A DNA stretch of 63,165 nucleotides from Negaprion brevirostris (GCA_030324005.1 JARDVH010000031.1:9380539-9443703), one strand, 5' to 3'; positions 11,310 to 23,340 are shown, numbered from the stretch's first letter. Numbers and translations: made by a program. Notes: generated by a model from the sequence alone, not told the origin.

Positions 11310-11485
11310 ACACATCATCTGGCCATTTATCTCATTGCCACAGGAGGGAACTTGCTAAATGCAATCGCCTGCCACATTTCTTGTATTACAACAGTGAGTG
11401 ACTATACTTCAAAGGTATTTTATTGGCTACAAAACACTTTGCAATGTCAAGAAAGATGCTATATAAATGCAAGCCTCCTTTTTTG
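11310..11485 (+). mobile_element. Deu-domain SINE 3' half
   Basis: ATCTGGCCATTTATCTCATTGC..ACATTTCTTGTATTACAACAGTGA..GATGCTATATAAATGCAAG. Confidence 0.7.
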
Positions 11486-12805
11486 TTCACTCACTTTGAA
11501 GCTAGGAAAAAAATGTTAATTTATAATGCCCTAGTGACAATATTTTGAATATGAGTCCAAAGCCAGGAGCTGGTAGCTAGTAGCTACAAAATTAAAAGAA
11601 GACATTGTATGTGTTTATATAGTCCTAATGCCCAGAAGTGGGATACATCTTGGCAACTGATCAAATAAGAACCTCTTCAGCAAGTCAGCAATCAACTTGC
11701 ACCTAAATACATTTGTTCTGAGCATACAAGTCATGTTGTTCTGCATCAGTGCATGATGCATTTGATTAATTTGATTTATTATAATAGATTCAGGTGTTGT
11801 ACGTCTATTGATCTTCCTAAATACCAGTAATATGAACTTTATCCATGCGTCAATGCTTGAATAAGTCCAACAACAGTGAACATTTCCATCTCTCCAGGCC
11901 CCTTAAAATGCAAACCTTGAAAAGATAGGATATTCATGGCGTGTAGAATCTCCTCAGAGAGATTTTATTTGACGAAAATAAGTCTGGTGTAAAAGCTTTC
12001 CTTGCAAATACTGTTGTGCCATTATTCTAGTCATACATGCTTGCAGTTTTTTTGAGCTAATACTCTTAGTTTTCTGAATGGCTGATCAGGGCTATAGGAT
12101 CCTACAGGGAATGCTATTAACAAGTGAGATCAGTCAAGCATTCTTAAGATGTAGACCACTTCTAATTATGACTGGAGATACATTATCAGCATCGAAATGC
12201 ATCATACTGAAACAGTCACATTACAACAGGCACATGGAATGGAGCATGATACCAGCATTTCCACATCCCCCACCACCACCGTGATATCCCCCCCTTGACC
12301 TTTTACAGATGGATAAGACTCATATATTGAGCATCTATTTTGCAGTGTGTCTGAGAGGGGAAAAAAGACTGTTAAAAGATAATTCTGTGAAGTTGGATGT
12401 TTAAATGTTGAAGTAACATGTTAAGAGGCAATGCTTCCAAACATGACTTTAGGAACTTGGACAGATTTCCAAGGATATACTTCCACCCTTCCTAATGGTT
12501 CTAGGCCATCCAAATAATGGGTCTTCTGCAACTCTTATGTCTTTTTAATCCTAATATATGTTTCNNNNNNNNNNACAGGCTTAACCAGGATGAATTGTAA
12601 AACTGATTTAATTGCACAAACAGACCTTGGAGAGTATTGTTGACAGGAAATTATATGGTTTACATTGTGATCTGGCCTCTGGTGAATCTCTAGTGTAAGT
12701 GCTGGAGTACGGGAACCAGAACACAGAGCAGTGAAAATAAGCCAGAAAATTCTGATTGGAGGTCTTTGGGAAAATTTTCCACCCACATCTGCCATGCCAA
12801 GGGTG

Positions 12806-12849
12806 GTGTGTGTGTGCACATGTGCGCGCGTGTGTGTGTGCGTGCATGT
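12806..12849. repeat. (GT/GC)n alternating purine-pyrimidine microsatellite
   Basis: 44 bp of uninterrupted R-Y alternation including GCGCGCG. Confidence 0.9.
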
Positions 12850-12889
12850 TTTCAGAGAGCTGTTCCCTGCCCACTCCCCATTTCCGTTT

Positions 12890-13310
12890 TTAAATATTTG
12901 TCCCTTTTGGAAGTGATTACTCACCAACCTTTGAAATAATGCATTCCAGATCATAGAGACTTGTTGATTCACAAGAATTCCTCTCTTCTCTCCTCACTCT
13001 CAAACTGGTTCTTTAATGAATGATCTTAAATCTATGTCCTTTGGTTACCAACCTTCTGCCAATGGAAATAATTCCTTCCCTATTCACTCTATAAAAGCCC
13101 GTCATAATATCCAGAACCTTTACAAAATCTCCCTTAACTGTTCAAAGAAAGAAAATTCCTTGTCTCTCTACATAACTGAAGACCCTTGGTCCTTCCAGTA
13201 ATCATGTCTGCAATCTCTTCAAGAAGTTGACATCCTTTCTTAATGTGGTGATCAGAACAATACTCCAGTTGAGGCCTAACCAGAGATTCGGCTTATGAAG
13301 GTTTCACATC
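12890..13310 (-). mobile_element. CR1 LINE 3' fragment
   Basis: GCATTCCAGATC, TTAAATCTATGTCCTTTGGTTAC..AATGGAAATA and AATACTCCAGTTGAGGCCTAACCAG (minus: LVRPQLEYC, a CR1 motif). Confidence 0.75.
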
Positions 13311-13468
13311 ACTTCTTAATATTTGGTCCATAATTACCAAGCATTTAAATTTCTCCTTATCCATCTCCAGCTAAGCCCAACAATACCAAAATTTAACTGA
13401 GAGCCAAATAAGTGCAGAAGAGAGCAAATAGTTAATGCCAAAGGGGGAGACGCAAAGTTGGGCTGCTT

Positions 13469-13529
13469 TGTGTTGTGTGTGTGTGTGTGTGCACGCGCGT
13501 GGGTGTGTGTGTGCATGTGGGTGTGTGTG
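13469..13529. repeat. (GT)n microsatellite with GC interruptions
   Basis: TGTGTGTGTGTGTGTGTGCACGCGCGTGGGTGTGTGTGTGCATGTGGGTGTGTGTG. Confidence 0.9.
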
Positions 13530-14192
13530 GGGCTGTGGAGGGGGGAGGTGATGGGAGAGATCTCCAGTGGTACAATATTGACTTTCCAAACTTTTGCGAA
13601 GTACCACTGAATCTTACAATCTCTGACTACCCACTTTAAGTATGTCAACAAACTAATGGGAAGAGAATCAACAGCACTTACCATGTGTGACCAACATGTC
13701 TGCTCGGCCCCATTTAAGCTCAGGGGAGAGGAGACAATCAGGTCTACTGAAATTCCAAGCTTTACATCCTCTCAGGTTTGTAAATGAAGGGCTGAGTGAT
13801 GAGTGATTAAAATCGACAGGTTTTAGAATCAATTCAAGAGACTAATGGTGGGTCAGTAATATTGGGCAATTGGGCACCTTTTCATTATGCACCCCGATAT
13901 GCTGACAGGACATGCGCCATCATGTTTGCTCCACCACAGAATACAGCACCAAACCCCCAGGTACGCAATTCAGAAATTCCACAACAATGGTTTGCCACCC
14001 ACTGGTTTACATCAACAAATATTTTTGAGTGGTATTGAGTGGAGTGATTCTAGCAGCCAATCTTTGGTCGCAGGGACAGGATCTTCTTAACATTGACCAA
14101 TTATCTAATTAAATTGAGGTAATCTAACTAGAATGGATTCAGTAGCCCAAATGGGGCTTCTATGCCTTAATGACTCTGCGACTACAACTTGT

Positions 14193-15138
14193 GGGCAAAA
14201 TCTTAGCAAAAAATAGCAGAGTGTTGTTTCCGGCAAGAAAATTCCAGAGAAACACGCCTGTTTTGCTCCAGAGAAAGGTGCTAGTTTTGCTCTAGAGAAA
14301 CGTGCCAATTTTGGTCCAGACAAAAGCGCCAGTTTTCACTCCAGATCTTATGACTCTCTACCAAAGAAAATCAAGGGGGATGTTTCAAGTCATCATGCGG
14401 GGGGAGGGGGGTTTCAGTACACTGGCAAAACCTGGATGCACAGAGGTTGGAGTGCCATCTTTATAGGGTACCTTGATCACAACAGGAATAATCCTCCCCT
14501 TCACCCCCTAACTCACCACTGTGGTCTCAGGGGCTTCCCTCTCCACCCCTAATTGGAGTCAGCACTTCTCTTCCCCCTCTTTCCCCCAATCATTAGCCTC
14601 TTCTCCCTGATCATCGGGTTCTTCCCCCACTTTAATCAACCCCTTCCACCCAATCATCAGCCCCTTTCCCCCAAACATTAGCCCCTCCCTCTGGATTCAC
14701 AGTCCCTTTGCCAGATCATTGGCTCATTCATCCCCCTTTCTTGTCCCCCGCGCAATCACAGCTCTTCTCCCCACCTCTCACAGTCAGAATCGGGTGTGCC
14801 AACCTGTGCCAAGGAAAACTGCCAGAGGGCATTGTTCACCTTTAAGTCCCCCGACAGGTTCACATCTAGGTGAACCTGTTGTAAATCGCACCGACATCAT
14901 GTCATGTGAGTGCGGTATCAATGTATGGCAGAGGGGAGTCAATGTCTGACGAGGGGTCAGGTTAATAACATTGAAATATATTCAAATTCAATAAAGCTGG
15001 TTCACACTTGTTATGGGCATAAATCTGATAATGTCACAGTGAGGGACAGGGAAGATCTAAGATCATGATCTTTGATTTCTGGATCTTCAGCCCCATCAGC
15101 ATTCGCACAGATGGCGAACATAGGGTCAGATCCTGCCC
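14193..15138 (+). mobile_element. GC-rich non-autonomous DNA element
   Basis: Termini GGGCAAAATCT / AGATCCTGCCC, C-rich body, subterminal 24-bp tandem repeat. Confidence 0.7.
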
Positions 15139-15299
15139 ATTATGGGGAAATGGAGACACCCCAAAATGATGCAGAGTAGATCCATTCGCAGACTAAAGCA
15201 CTTTAGTTGAACAAATACATTTGTGTTTCTATACTTTAAGGAAGCATAGACTCTGGGGAATGTAATCAGGTTTCTAGAGCAGTGAGAATTTGCATGGAG

Positions 15300-15726
15300 C
15301 AGCTGAAGTGGTTAGGAGAGGTCAGGGGATCATACTTAAAAGTTTAGTAAAATTTAGATTGGAGCTTTGTGAGGTTCTTCTCTTTCCAGAGAACACTGGG
15401 CCAATGCAACAGCTGCTAGCACTTGCACCCTGAACACTGATTTACTTAATTGTCTTTAAGCAAGAGCTGGACAGTTTCTCTCACTAGGGATCACTTTGTA
15501 CGAGAAGTAGTGATCTAAAATATATATTGGGCTTTGCATGATCTTCCCCACGCAGATTAATTACCTGAAGGAGTTGGAGAGGAACTTTCCAGTTTTATTT
15601 TCCAAGATGTTTTTGGTTTGGTTTGACCCCAGCTCTCCCAGGAGATGACATGGCTCTGGGTGTGATGCATCAGGCATTGGGCCAGGACAGGACAGATGGC
15701 CCAGATAGCCTCTTCCTGTCTGATAT
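15300..15726 (+). mobile_element. Old CR1-group LINE 3' end with UTR
   Basis: GGGGATCATACTTAAAAGT..TTCTTCTCTTTCCAGAGA..TTTAAGCAAGAGCTGGACAGTTT and terminal GATGGCCCAGATAGCCTCTTCCTGTC. Confidence 0.5.
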
Positions 15727-15932
15727 GTTCAAATATCAGTCTCTCTCTACTTGTACTTTCCCTTCTTCCTCACCTACTTATAAATACTGGTCCCACTCTC
15801 TTTCATGTCCTCTACTTAGACTCAGTTCCTTTCTTTTTCCCCTGTCTCTCACTTTTCACCTTTCTCATTCTTGCTGTTGGTTTCTGTTCCTTCTCATAGT
15901 TTTATGAGAATGTAATACTGACTTTGCATTAT

Positions 15933-16053
15933 AGGCAGAATTTTACAGCCCTGTTGTTGCAGGGCCAGAAAATGTGGCAAGCCATTCAAATGTCCACTGA
16001 CATTGACAGGACCAGAAAATCCCACCAGCAGGGGAAGCCGTAAAGTTCCATCC
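15933..16053. mobile_element. ~120-bp MITE
   Basis: Termini GGCAGAATTTTAC / GTAAAGTTCCATCC; internal AGAAAATCCC as in the 18777 element. Confidence 0.6.
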
Positions 16054-16151
16054 GATATTATGCATGTAACAATAACCTTGTTCCTAAGGCAGACAAAACA
16101 TCCGTGGTTAACTTACCTCAATGCGCTCTCAGATATGCAATGCATTTCATA

Positions 16152-16855
16152 GAGCGGAATTCTCAAATGAATTCTGCCCCCTGCTGTCTGTTTCAATAGT
16201 AGGCAACGGGGGCAGAATTCTATGGGAGATTCAAAAACCGATTTCACACCAGTGTGAATTTCCTATGGGATCTTCTGCTGGTGCCCACCATGGCAGATTG
16301 GGAAAAGCTCTCGACACTGATGTGAAACTGATTTGCATCCCGCTAATAGGATTCGGATTAAGGTCCGATTGGAATCTTCCACCTGCGCCCAATTACAACG
16401 AATTCTCCATGTTTCCAAATGGAAAACATTCTGATCCAACTCATCTGAACAATGCCTGGGTCTAACTGTGGCATTTGGGATAGAGGCCACCACTGACATT
16501 CGACCCTGGAACACAGCAGTAGATAGGACAGCATCTACAGGTGGACCTTACAGATTCTGTGTTATTGAGGAGATCCATCTTCCAGTCTCAGAGAGTTTGG
16601 GAGGTCCATCTTCTTCCTTCAATGGTGGGTCAGTGATGTTGGGCGCCTCTTCATTATGCCATCCAAATATGATAATGGGATGTGTGGTATCACATTTATC
16701 CCACCACAGGATATGGCGCTAAACCCCCAGGGGTGCAATTAACGAGGCTGGGACTAAAAAATATGACGTGGTTTATTACCGGCCTCTGTAATGGGAAACA
16801 TTCCCCATTCCCACCCCCGCCATGAGACTTGGTCCCAGTTGGGAGAATTCCACCC
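16152..16855. mobile_element. Non-autonomous DNA element with subterminal hairpin
   Basis: TIRs GAGCGGAATTCTC / GAGAATTCCACCC; 13-bp inverted repeat GAATTCTGCCCCC (16169-16181) / GGGGGCAGAATTC (16208-16220). Confidence 0.7.
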
Positions 16856-17171
16856 AGTGACTGCAAACATTTTCCTTGAGCAATGACTGAATTGCTGCAT
16901 AAATCTTCACCTCTGCAATAATGAAAGTCAGCAGATCGCACTGCATTATGGAGGCCACTCCATGTAACCCAACAAGTAGAAGGGTTTATTAAACTACAAT
17001 AACTATTTATGCTCTAAGAGTGAGATTTTACTGCCNNNNNNNNNNNNNNNNNNNNNNNNNNNNNNNNNNNNNNNNNNNNNNNNNNNNNNNNNNNNNNNNN
17101 NNNNNNNNNNNNNNNNNNNNNNNNNNNNNNNNNNNCCAAGCTGATTGGAGTAGGTGCAGCTCCTCCTCCAA

Positions 17172-18093
17172 GGCTTGATCTAATTTGAATATTGGGAAAA
17201 TGCCATAGAATCAGGTGTAAAGTGGCTTGTGCAAATGGTGCCGGTTTTCACAACTGGCAGGATTTTACGGAAGCCAGATCTCCGTTGTGGTCAGCCTAGT
17301 TGGAAATGGGCGAGAGGTTAGGTAATATATTTAAATCTTAATTAACACGTGTTTAGCAAGCCCGGCACTCAATCACCTGGGCTCATTTGCCCTTATGGTC
17401 TCCCAGTGAGGAAAACACCTGCTCCCCATAAACGGGAAAAAGTCTGTTGGCTTCACAGGTAGAACCAGAAGCCATTGAGGCGCCTCAGGGAGGCCGAGAG
17501 CAAGGCGGGGGTGCCTCTTGGGCAGTGCCAGACTGGCACTTGGGCAAGGCCCACTGGGCAATGGGGGCAGGGCCTACGGGTGGGCAGGACCTGCAGGGGG
17601 CAGTGCCAGGGGTGGGTGGGGCCACTGGGGGCAGGGCGTGTGGGGGAGAGGGCAAGACCACGATCGATGGGGGAGGGTGGTGGGGCCACAATTGATGGGG
17701 GAGGGAGAGTGTCTGCAATCAATGGGGGAGGGAGAGTCTCTGCGATTGGTTTGGCCGACAGGGCTGCATCTTAAGCGAGTGCAGGGAGGGAGGTGATGTT
17801 CTTAAGGTTGCCTGTAGTAGTAGGGTCCTGACAGTTCTCTCTTTGTCTGTCAGACCCCTGCTACTGTTAATGTGCATGTGCTGCATCAGAGGTGTGCACA
17901 TGTGCAATGCCTCCCTCTACAGCTATCAGGTGCATTAAGCCCCACCCACAGTTTCTCTGGCCAGAAACTGTCCAAAATTTTAAAGACAGTGTGCAAAATA
18001 TTGGGCCTGAAAACGCACCCAAAAACAAATCTAGAACTCTCCCAGTTTCAGGCCTGCCTGATACTTAGAAAAAATCTTGTACAATTCCACCCC
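17172..18093 (-). mobile_element. GC-rich non-autonomous DNA element, inverted relative to 4026 and 7444
   Basis: G-rich body with GGGCAGTGCCAG repeats; right end ACTTAGAAAAAATCTTGTACAATTCCACCCC resembles the reverse complement of the family's left end. Confidence 0.7.
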
Positions 18094-18583
18094 AAGATTT
18101 TCTCAGAAACATATACATTGGGTCTGTTCCCTTCTCCTCCCTGGCTCCCAGTTCCAGGACGTGCACTCTTGCTCCCGATTGGCTTGGCTTTCCATGCCTC
18201 CATTCCATAGAATCCAGCCCAATCACATGGTCCGCAAGGGATCACCCTTAAAGGGGCCACGTTACCGCAGATAAATTTGGCATTTCCTCCAAATCTCCTC
18301 TCCTGTAAGACCCCTCGATTATCTAGACTACCTGTCCATGAGCACCAACAGCTTGCTCAATTGTTCATTTTTTCACAAATGAACCAAGGCCTCAAGCCAG
18401 CATGTAATGGCAGACTGTTCAATCACACATTACATCCTGGCATTACGTCCTGGCCTGAATCCTGTTCTGATCCAACATCCCATGCACCCCATTTCCAGTG
18501 TGGGATAACTGCATTTGAAGAGAAACCCTTTGGTTATCAAGTTATTTGAGGTGTGTGATGCTGTGAATGGCCTTTTAAATCTT

Positions 18584-18768
18584 TTGGATCTGGAATGCAC
18601 TGTCTGATAATATGGTGCAGGCAGATTCCTTTTATGACTTTCAAAAGGGAATTGGATAATTATCTGAAGCAGGACTATGAATCAAAGGTGGTGGACTGGG
18701 AGATGGCTGATTTGCTCTCTGAGAGCGCCATTATAGAGACAATGGTTTGAATGGTCTCCTTGGAGCTG
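18584..18768 (+). mobile_element. CR1 LINE 3' end
   Basis: GATCTGGAATGCACTG..GGCAGATTC..TTCAAAAGGGAATTGGATAATTAT..GAATGGTCTCCT. Confidence 0.75.
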
Positions 18769-18776
18769 GAGTCAAT

Positions 18777-18846
18777 GGCTGGAACTTCATTCATTACAGT
18801 GGAACCAGAGAATCCCAGCTGCAGGCAAGGTCAGAGAATTCCAGCC
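18777..18846. mobile_element. 70-bp MITE
   Basis: TIRs GGCTGGAACT / AATTCCAGCC; flanks AAT and AGT. Confidence 0.65.
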
Positions 18847-20099
18847 AGTGGCTAGGGAGCAGAGTTTGTTCTCTATATGTTAGCAGTTCACCCATTGCAC
18901 TCTTGTGCTATGTCCTTTACGGTGACTGAGTAAATAAAATCATGTTTTTTTGCAGGGAATTAACAGCTTCTACACTTACCTTGGATTGGAGGTTTCAGAG
19001 GTAATCACTCATCAGTGTCAACAACCTTACAGACCACGCTTGAAAGAGTTAGAAGTAAGTAAAATGATTAGTGGTTTAACAGCAACAGAGAAGCATAATG
19101 AAAATAGTGTGACAGAAAAAAAATGACCAGAAGGGAGGATGAAATATGTAACAACTGAACACTATATGCTAGACTTAGTGATACAAGCAGACATGTGAAA
19201 AAAATGTTAAGAGTATCAAAGTAATTGGTATTCCATGCTCTACATTATAACATATCAAATGGAGGAAAACAAGAATAAAGAAATTTTTAAAAACTTGAAG
19301 GTAATGTTTATACTGAAAGGAATTAAGAACCATTGTAAGGTTATTGAAGTGAAGTTACGACAAAATCAATCATTAGCCTTGCTGAGGGATTCTCATCGTA
19401 TGTCTATTCGCGACAGGCGCTGGAGTCACATATTAAACAATTATTCTCCGTGGGTATGGTATAAATGCCATTGTACCACATGGTTAAGAGAATCCTGGGT
19501 GAAGACTCTACACTGGAGTTTATTAATGGGCAGACTGGGGAATTAGTGCAGCTGCTACTCAACAATCACCATCTACATCTCCTGCTGCCTCGACATTGTA
19601 AAGACCTTCGTTAATACTATTGGCCCTTAACAGAAGGGTCACACGCTGCTAGCAATGCCGCCAAGATTTTCTAAAGCTGATGCCAGTTGAAGCTGATCTG
19701 GCAGCATTGCTTCAGGTTTACTGATATTCACATCGGAGCAGGAGTTGGCCACTGAGCCTTTCAAGCCTGCTTTGTCTACTTCTGCATTATGTTGAAGAAA
19801 TTCCAAGCACATTTGAAGGCACGGGAAAGAATATGTTATGTCATATTCATCTGTTTAGCATCTATGGCACCAGAAGCTGGAGAAGTACAACAGTCGACTC
19901 TTGAAAAACCGAGTGCCATGAATGTGCATGGTCATGTGCCCAATCCTTTTCACTGTTCTGGGTTCCTCTTTATTAAAAGATTGTCAGTAATCGTGACACT
20001 GAGCAGAGCATGGCAGTTCTTTATCAAATAGTCCATGTTTACCACAGAAAATCTTTGATTTTACCAAGTGCAAGCTACATGCAGACAGGAACACAACTG

Positions 20100-20460
20100 T
20101 AATCCAAGGACAGAGTTTGAAGATAATTGGTTAAAGCAGTTGTGAGGCAATGAAGAGATTTTTTTTCTAACACAGTGTTGTTATAACCTGGAACACACAG
20201 CCAAAAGAGCAGTAGAAGCATAATTAACCATAACTTACAAAAAAGAATTGGATATGACCTTAAAAAGGAAAATTTTGCAGCACAGTGGGGAAAAAGAAGT
20301 GAATTGGGGCTGAATGGGTGAGATTTTACTCGCTTGTCCCAAAACCGTAAAATCCCACCCGATGTCAACGGACCTTTCCATGGTCCGCCCTTGGCCCATT
20401 CCAATTCCTGTGGTGGGTGGGACGATAAAATTCTAGTCTATAGCTTTTTCAAGGGGCTCA
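20100..20460 (+). mobile_element. CR1 LINE 3' end interrupted by a MITE
   Basis: GGACAGAGTTTGAAGATAATTGG..AAAAAGAATTGGATA..GCAGCACAGTGGGGAAAAAG; resumes ATAGCTTTTTCAAGGGGC after 20439. Confidence 0.7.
20316..20439 (+). mobile_element. ~120-bp MITE (same family as 43538-43658)
   Basis: GGGTGAGATTTTAC..GTAAAATCCCACCC subterminal hairpin; body CCTTTCCATGGTCCGCCC..CTGTGGTGGG; end AAAATTCTAGTC. Confidence 0.7.
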
Positions 20461-21904
20461 AACCAGTAAGTGATTTCCTTTTGTGCATGTAATTCAGTAT
20501 TCAAGTAAATTTTGTTGTTAAATATCATCAACAGGAGTTTTTCCAAAGCCCAATAGTTATGGGACATCCCAGTGCAAAGGAATGAGATGGTTCCAGATTT
20601 AATTTTCAGCCTGTACTGATAGCACTTAAACAACTTTTAACACAGGAGAGGATTCAGCCCATCATGTCAGTGCTGATCCTTTCCTGCGACAAAGGCAAAC
20701 AAATCTGTTATGATGGCCATGAAGGCTAAGGGGGATTCATGTCACAAAAACCAGACAGAAAAATCCATTACCTCCAAGACCCTTGTGGACTTGGAGTGAA
20801 GGTCTTCTCAGATTGAGAAAGAAAGGTTGGTGGTCGTATTTTGCGTGAAAAGGTTTCACCAATACATCGACAACTTCTTTTATAGTTACTGACCATAAAC
20901 TCTATCGGCCCTTTCAAAGAGGACAAGATAATCCCCCCTATTGTCTCTGCTCAGATCCAGCGCTGTACCTTGTTAATGGTAGTCTCTAATATCTTCTAGA
21001 ACACTATCCTGGGACCTGGATAGCTAATGCTGATGAACTGAGTTGCCTCTCATTATCCACAAGCCTGGCTCCGTTATCAGCATTGGAAGAGGTCGCGATG
21101 ACCCTGAATTTTTGGAGACTTTGCCAGTGTTAGCAAGACAGATTAAAGTCTAGACCCAAAAAGATCTAACCTTATCTAAAATAAGACACCATGATCCTAC
21201 AAGGTGGATTCTAAGGGCGGCCCTCTGAAAAAATGAAACCCTATCTCATTAAGAAAAATGAACTTAAATGTTGAGGACAGGGTTATTCTGTGGGAATCCC
21301 AAATAATTGTTCCACTCCCAGAGCGACATCCAATGTTAAAGGAAGTACATAATGGCCCTCCGGAGTATCAAAATGAAAATACTGGCTAGGAGTTACATCT
21401 GGTGGCCCAGTCTTGATTCTGACATCACAGGTTTGGTAAAGTGATGTGACCTATGCCGGGAAAATAAGAAACTCCCACCCTCAGCTTTCCTACACTTATG
21501 GGCATGGCCTGGTAAGCTACGCGTGCCTGTGCACTTGGACCTTGCAAGGCACTTTAAGGGTTCCATGTTTTTAATGATGGTGGATGCACACCACAAGTGT
21601 TTGGAGCTGCGCTGCATAGGCTCCATGTCTTCCCAGGCTACGATCGAGAAATTATGAAAAAGCTTCAGTGTACACAGAATACTGGAAGTTCTAGTTTCCG
21701 ATAATAGCATGACCTTTACTCTCAGTGATTCCCAGAACTTAGCACTGTTGCATCTGAACTGCACGTTATCATCCATTGTCAAATGGACNNNNNNNNNNNN
21801 NNNNNNNNNNNNNNNNNNNNNNNNNNNNNNNNNNNNNNNNNNNNNNNNNNNNNNNNNNNNNNNNNNNNNNNNNNNNNNNNNNNNNNNNNNNNNNNNNNNN
21901 NNNN

Positions 21905-21938
21905 CCTACTCCTGCTCCTATTTCTTATGTTCTTATGT
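21905..21938 (+). mobile_element. CR1 3' tail (body lost in N gap) nested in Gypsy integrase
   Basis: CCTACTCCTGCTCCTATTTCTTATGTTCTTATGT, identical to the tail at 29845-29878. Confidence 0.8.
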
Positions 21939-22031
21939 GACAGGGAGGTGGAGTCCCAACAAGAAGACCAAAAAAAGAAATTATGATTCCGCAAGGATAG
22001 GAAGAACTTTCTCAGTGGGTGATCATGTATG

Positions 22032-22084
22032 AAACATAAGAACATAAGAACTAGGAGCAGAAGGTCCTTGAGCCTGTTCCACCA
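22032..22084 (-). mobile_element. Short CR1 3' tail nested in Gypsy
   Basis: AACATAAGAACATAAGAACTAGGAGCAG..TTGAGCCTGTTCCACCA is the reverse complement of a CR1 tail. Confidence 0.75.
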
Positions 22085-22447
22085 AACTTCAGGAATGTTC
22101 CCAGTTGTGTCCCTGGGATTATTTTGGAGAAATCAGGGCTAGTATCATATAAAGTCAAAGTCCAGGGTAAAACTTTGACAAAGCACTTGGACCATCTCAG
22201 AGCCAGGGAGTCCATTCACTTTTGGCCATGGAGATGACTGCTGTGAATACCAGCTTTCAGCTCAAAGTGAACTCCATGTTAGCTCCTCAGATTGTGAAGG
22301 AATGGACTAGGAGATGAAAGCTGAAGAAGTGAGCCTCCATGCTGAAGCAGAACCTGAGGAGGGACTCGCATCAGTAACCCTTAAAAAACAAAGGGCTCCT
22401 GACCTATTTACACTACCTGACCCAACTGGAAGAGATGGGGAGAGGGA

Positions 22448-22710
22448 TGTTATGATGGCCATAAAGGCCACAGGGGATCGTCGATAGATTTACCTTGGGG
22501 CTTCACAGAATATGAGCTCCCTTATTGAGTAAGCTGAGACTTGACCACTGTGAATTGTTCAGCGGGAACTTTTAAACCATACTATACCCAGACTATTGTT
22601 GTAGGCCCTGAAGAGTTGAACTACCTTGCGGAAGCAGCCTCTCCCTTGGTGCACTATAAAGAGTGTTTGGTGAGGGAAAAGGGAAACAGGTGTTTGGATG
22701 AATTAGAACA
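22448..22710 (+). repeat. Gypsy 3' LTR (~263 bp, TG...CA)
   Basis: Starts TGT after a PPT and ends ACA; similar in length and motifs (CTTGGTGCAC..TAAAG..TGGTGA..GGAAAC) to the LTRs at 30050-30310 and 33694-33896. Confidence 0.75.
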
Positions 22711-23049
22711 GAGTCCCAAAATCATTGTTCTCTGCTGAGCCAGAGATTAGAGTGCTGCAATTGGTCTCTTCAATCTGAGTTTAGGGTGAGTAAGGAAGGG
22801 GGCAAGGAGGGAATTGGCATCAGTGGAGTTCACCATCAAGTGACATCTGCTGGGAAGTGTGTGGATAATGTGAACAGTGTGGAATGTGTGGATGTCACAA
22901 CCAGCTTCATTGTAATGCTTCCACATACAAATAGGTTGCCAACTTTGTTTAGTTTCTACCTGTCTGAGGTAGTGCAAGCATGCTAGTGCCTGTGGAACCA
23001 AATGGCTAAGCAGTGACATCAGAGTGAGAAAGCATGAAAGTAGTCACCC

Positions 23050-23340
23050 TGGCAGCAATTTTGCACACAAGATCCCACAAAGACGAATGGAATGAATAAC
23101 CAATTAATCTTTGAGGGGAAGTGAGGGGGGCAGGTTCTTTCTGATGATGGCAATGCTATCCAGTGAACCATTCCCTGCTCTTATTTAGTGTATCTACTCT
23201 ATTATGAACACCTGAAGCACAGGAGGTACCAGACAAGATTTTGGTTTAGCATTTCACCCTTGCACTTCCTCTCACTCCATACTGTACAGGGAATGTCAGC
23301 GCAGAATCTCCACTCATCCCCTGGTAAAAAGCTTGAACCA
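23050..23340 (-). mobile_element. Degenerate Deu-domain SINE
   Basis: GGCAGCAATTTTGCACACAAGATCCCACAAA..CCCTGCTCTT..CTTGAACC. Confidence 0.5.

Larger units (their letters stand above)
20750..22210 (+). pseudogene. pol: Gypsy pol remnant (RNase H plus integrase), many frameshifts and stops
   Basis: Fragments SQIEKE, VKRFHQY, VTDHK, IANADELS.L, KMKILARSYIWWPSLDSDI..CDLC, FKGSMFLMMVDAH. Confidence 0.8.
20706..22710 (+). mobile_element. Gypsy LTR retrotransposon, internally deleted relic
   Basis: TGTTATGATGGCCAT at 20706 (5' LTR start) and 22448 (3' LTR start after polypurine tract GAGATGGGGAGAGGGA); 3' LTR ends ..GAATTAGAACA at 22710; RNase H and integrase remnants between. Confidence 0.85.

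Noticed and set aside
13887-14090. 67-aa ATG ORF with a possible CAG|GTACGC donor
   Set aside because: Weak donor and no recognisable protein similarity in any frame.
14243-14345. Short repeat arrays (also 9646-9744 and 52652-52822) as CRISPR-like
   Set aside because: Head-to-tail tandem units with no unique spacers and no cas genes, in vertebrate DNA.
18979-19040. Minus-strand segment bounded by TTTCAAG and a strong CAAG|GTAAGT donor
   Set aside because: All three frames of the ~59-nt putative exon contain stops; a non-coding exon cannot be supported from sequence alone.
19651-19711. 61-nt imperfect hairpin AGCAATGCCGCCAAGAT..ATCTGGCAGCATTGCT as a pre-miRNA
   Set aside because: Stem only ~16 bp with a ~28-nt loop; no recognisable mature miRNA; more likely an old MITE remnant or chance.
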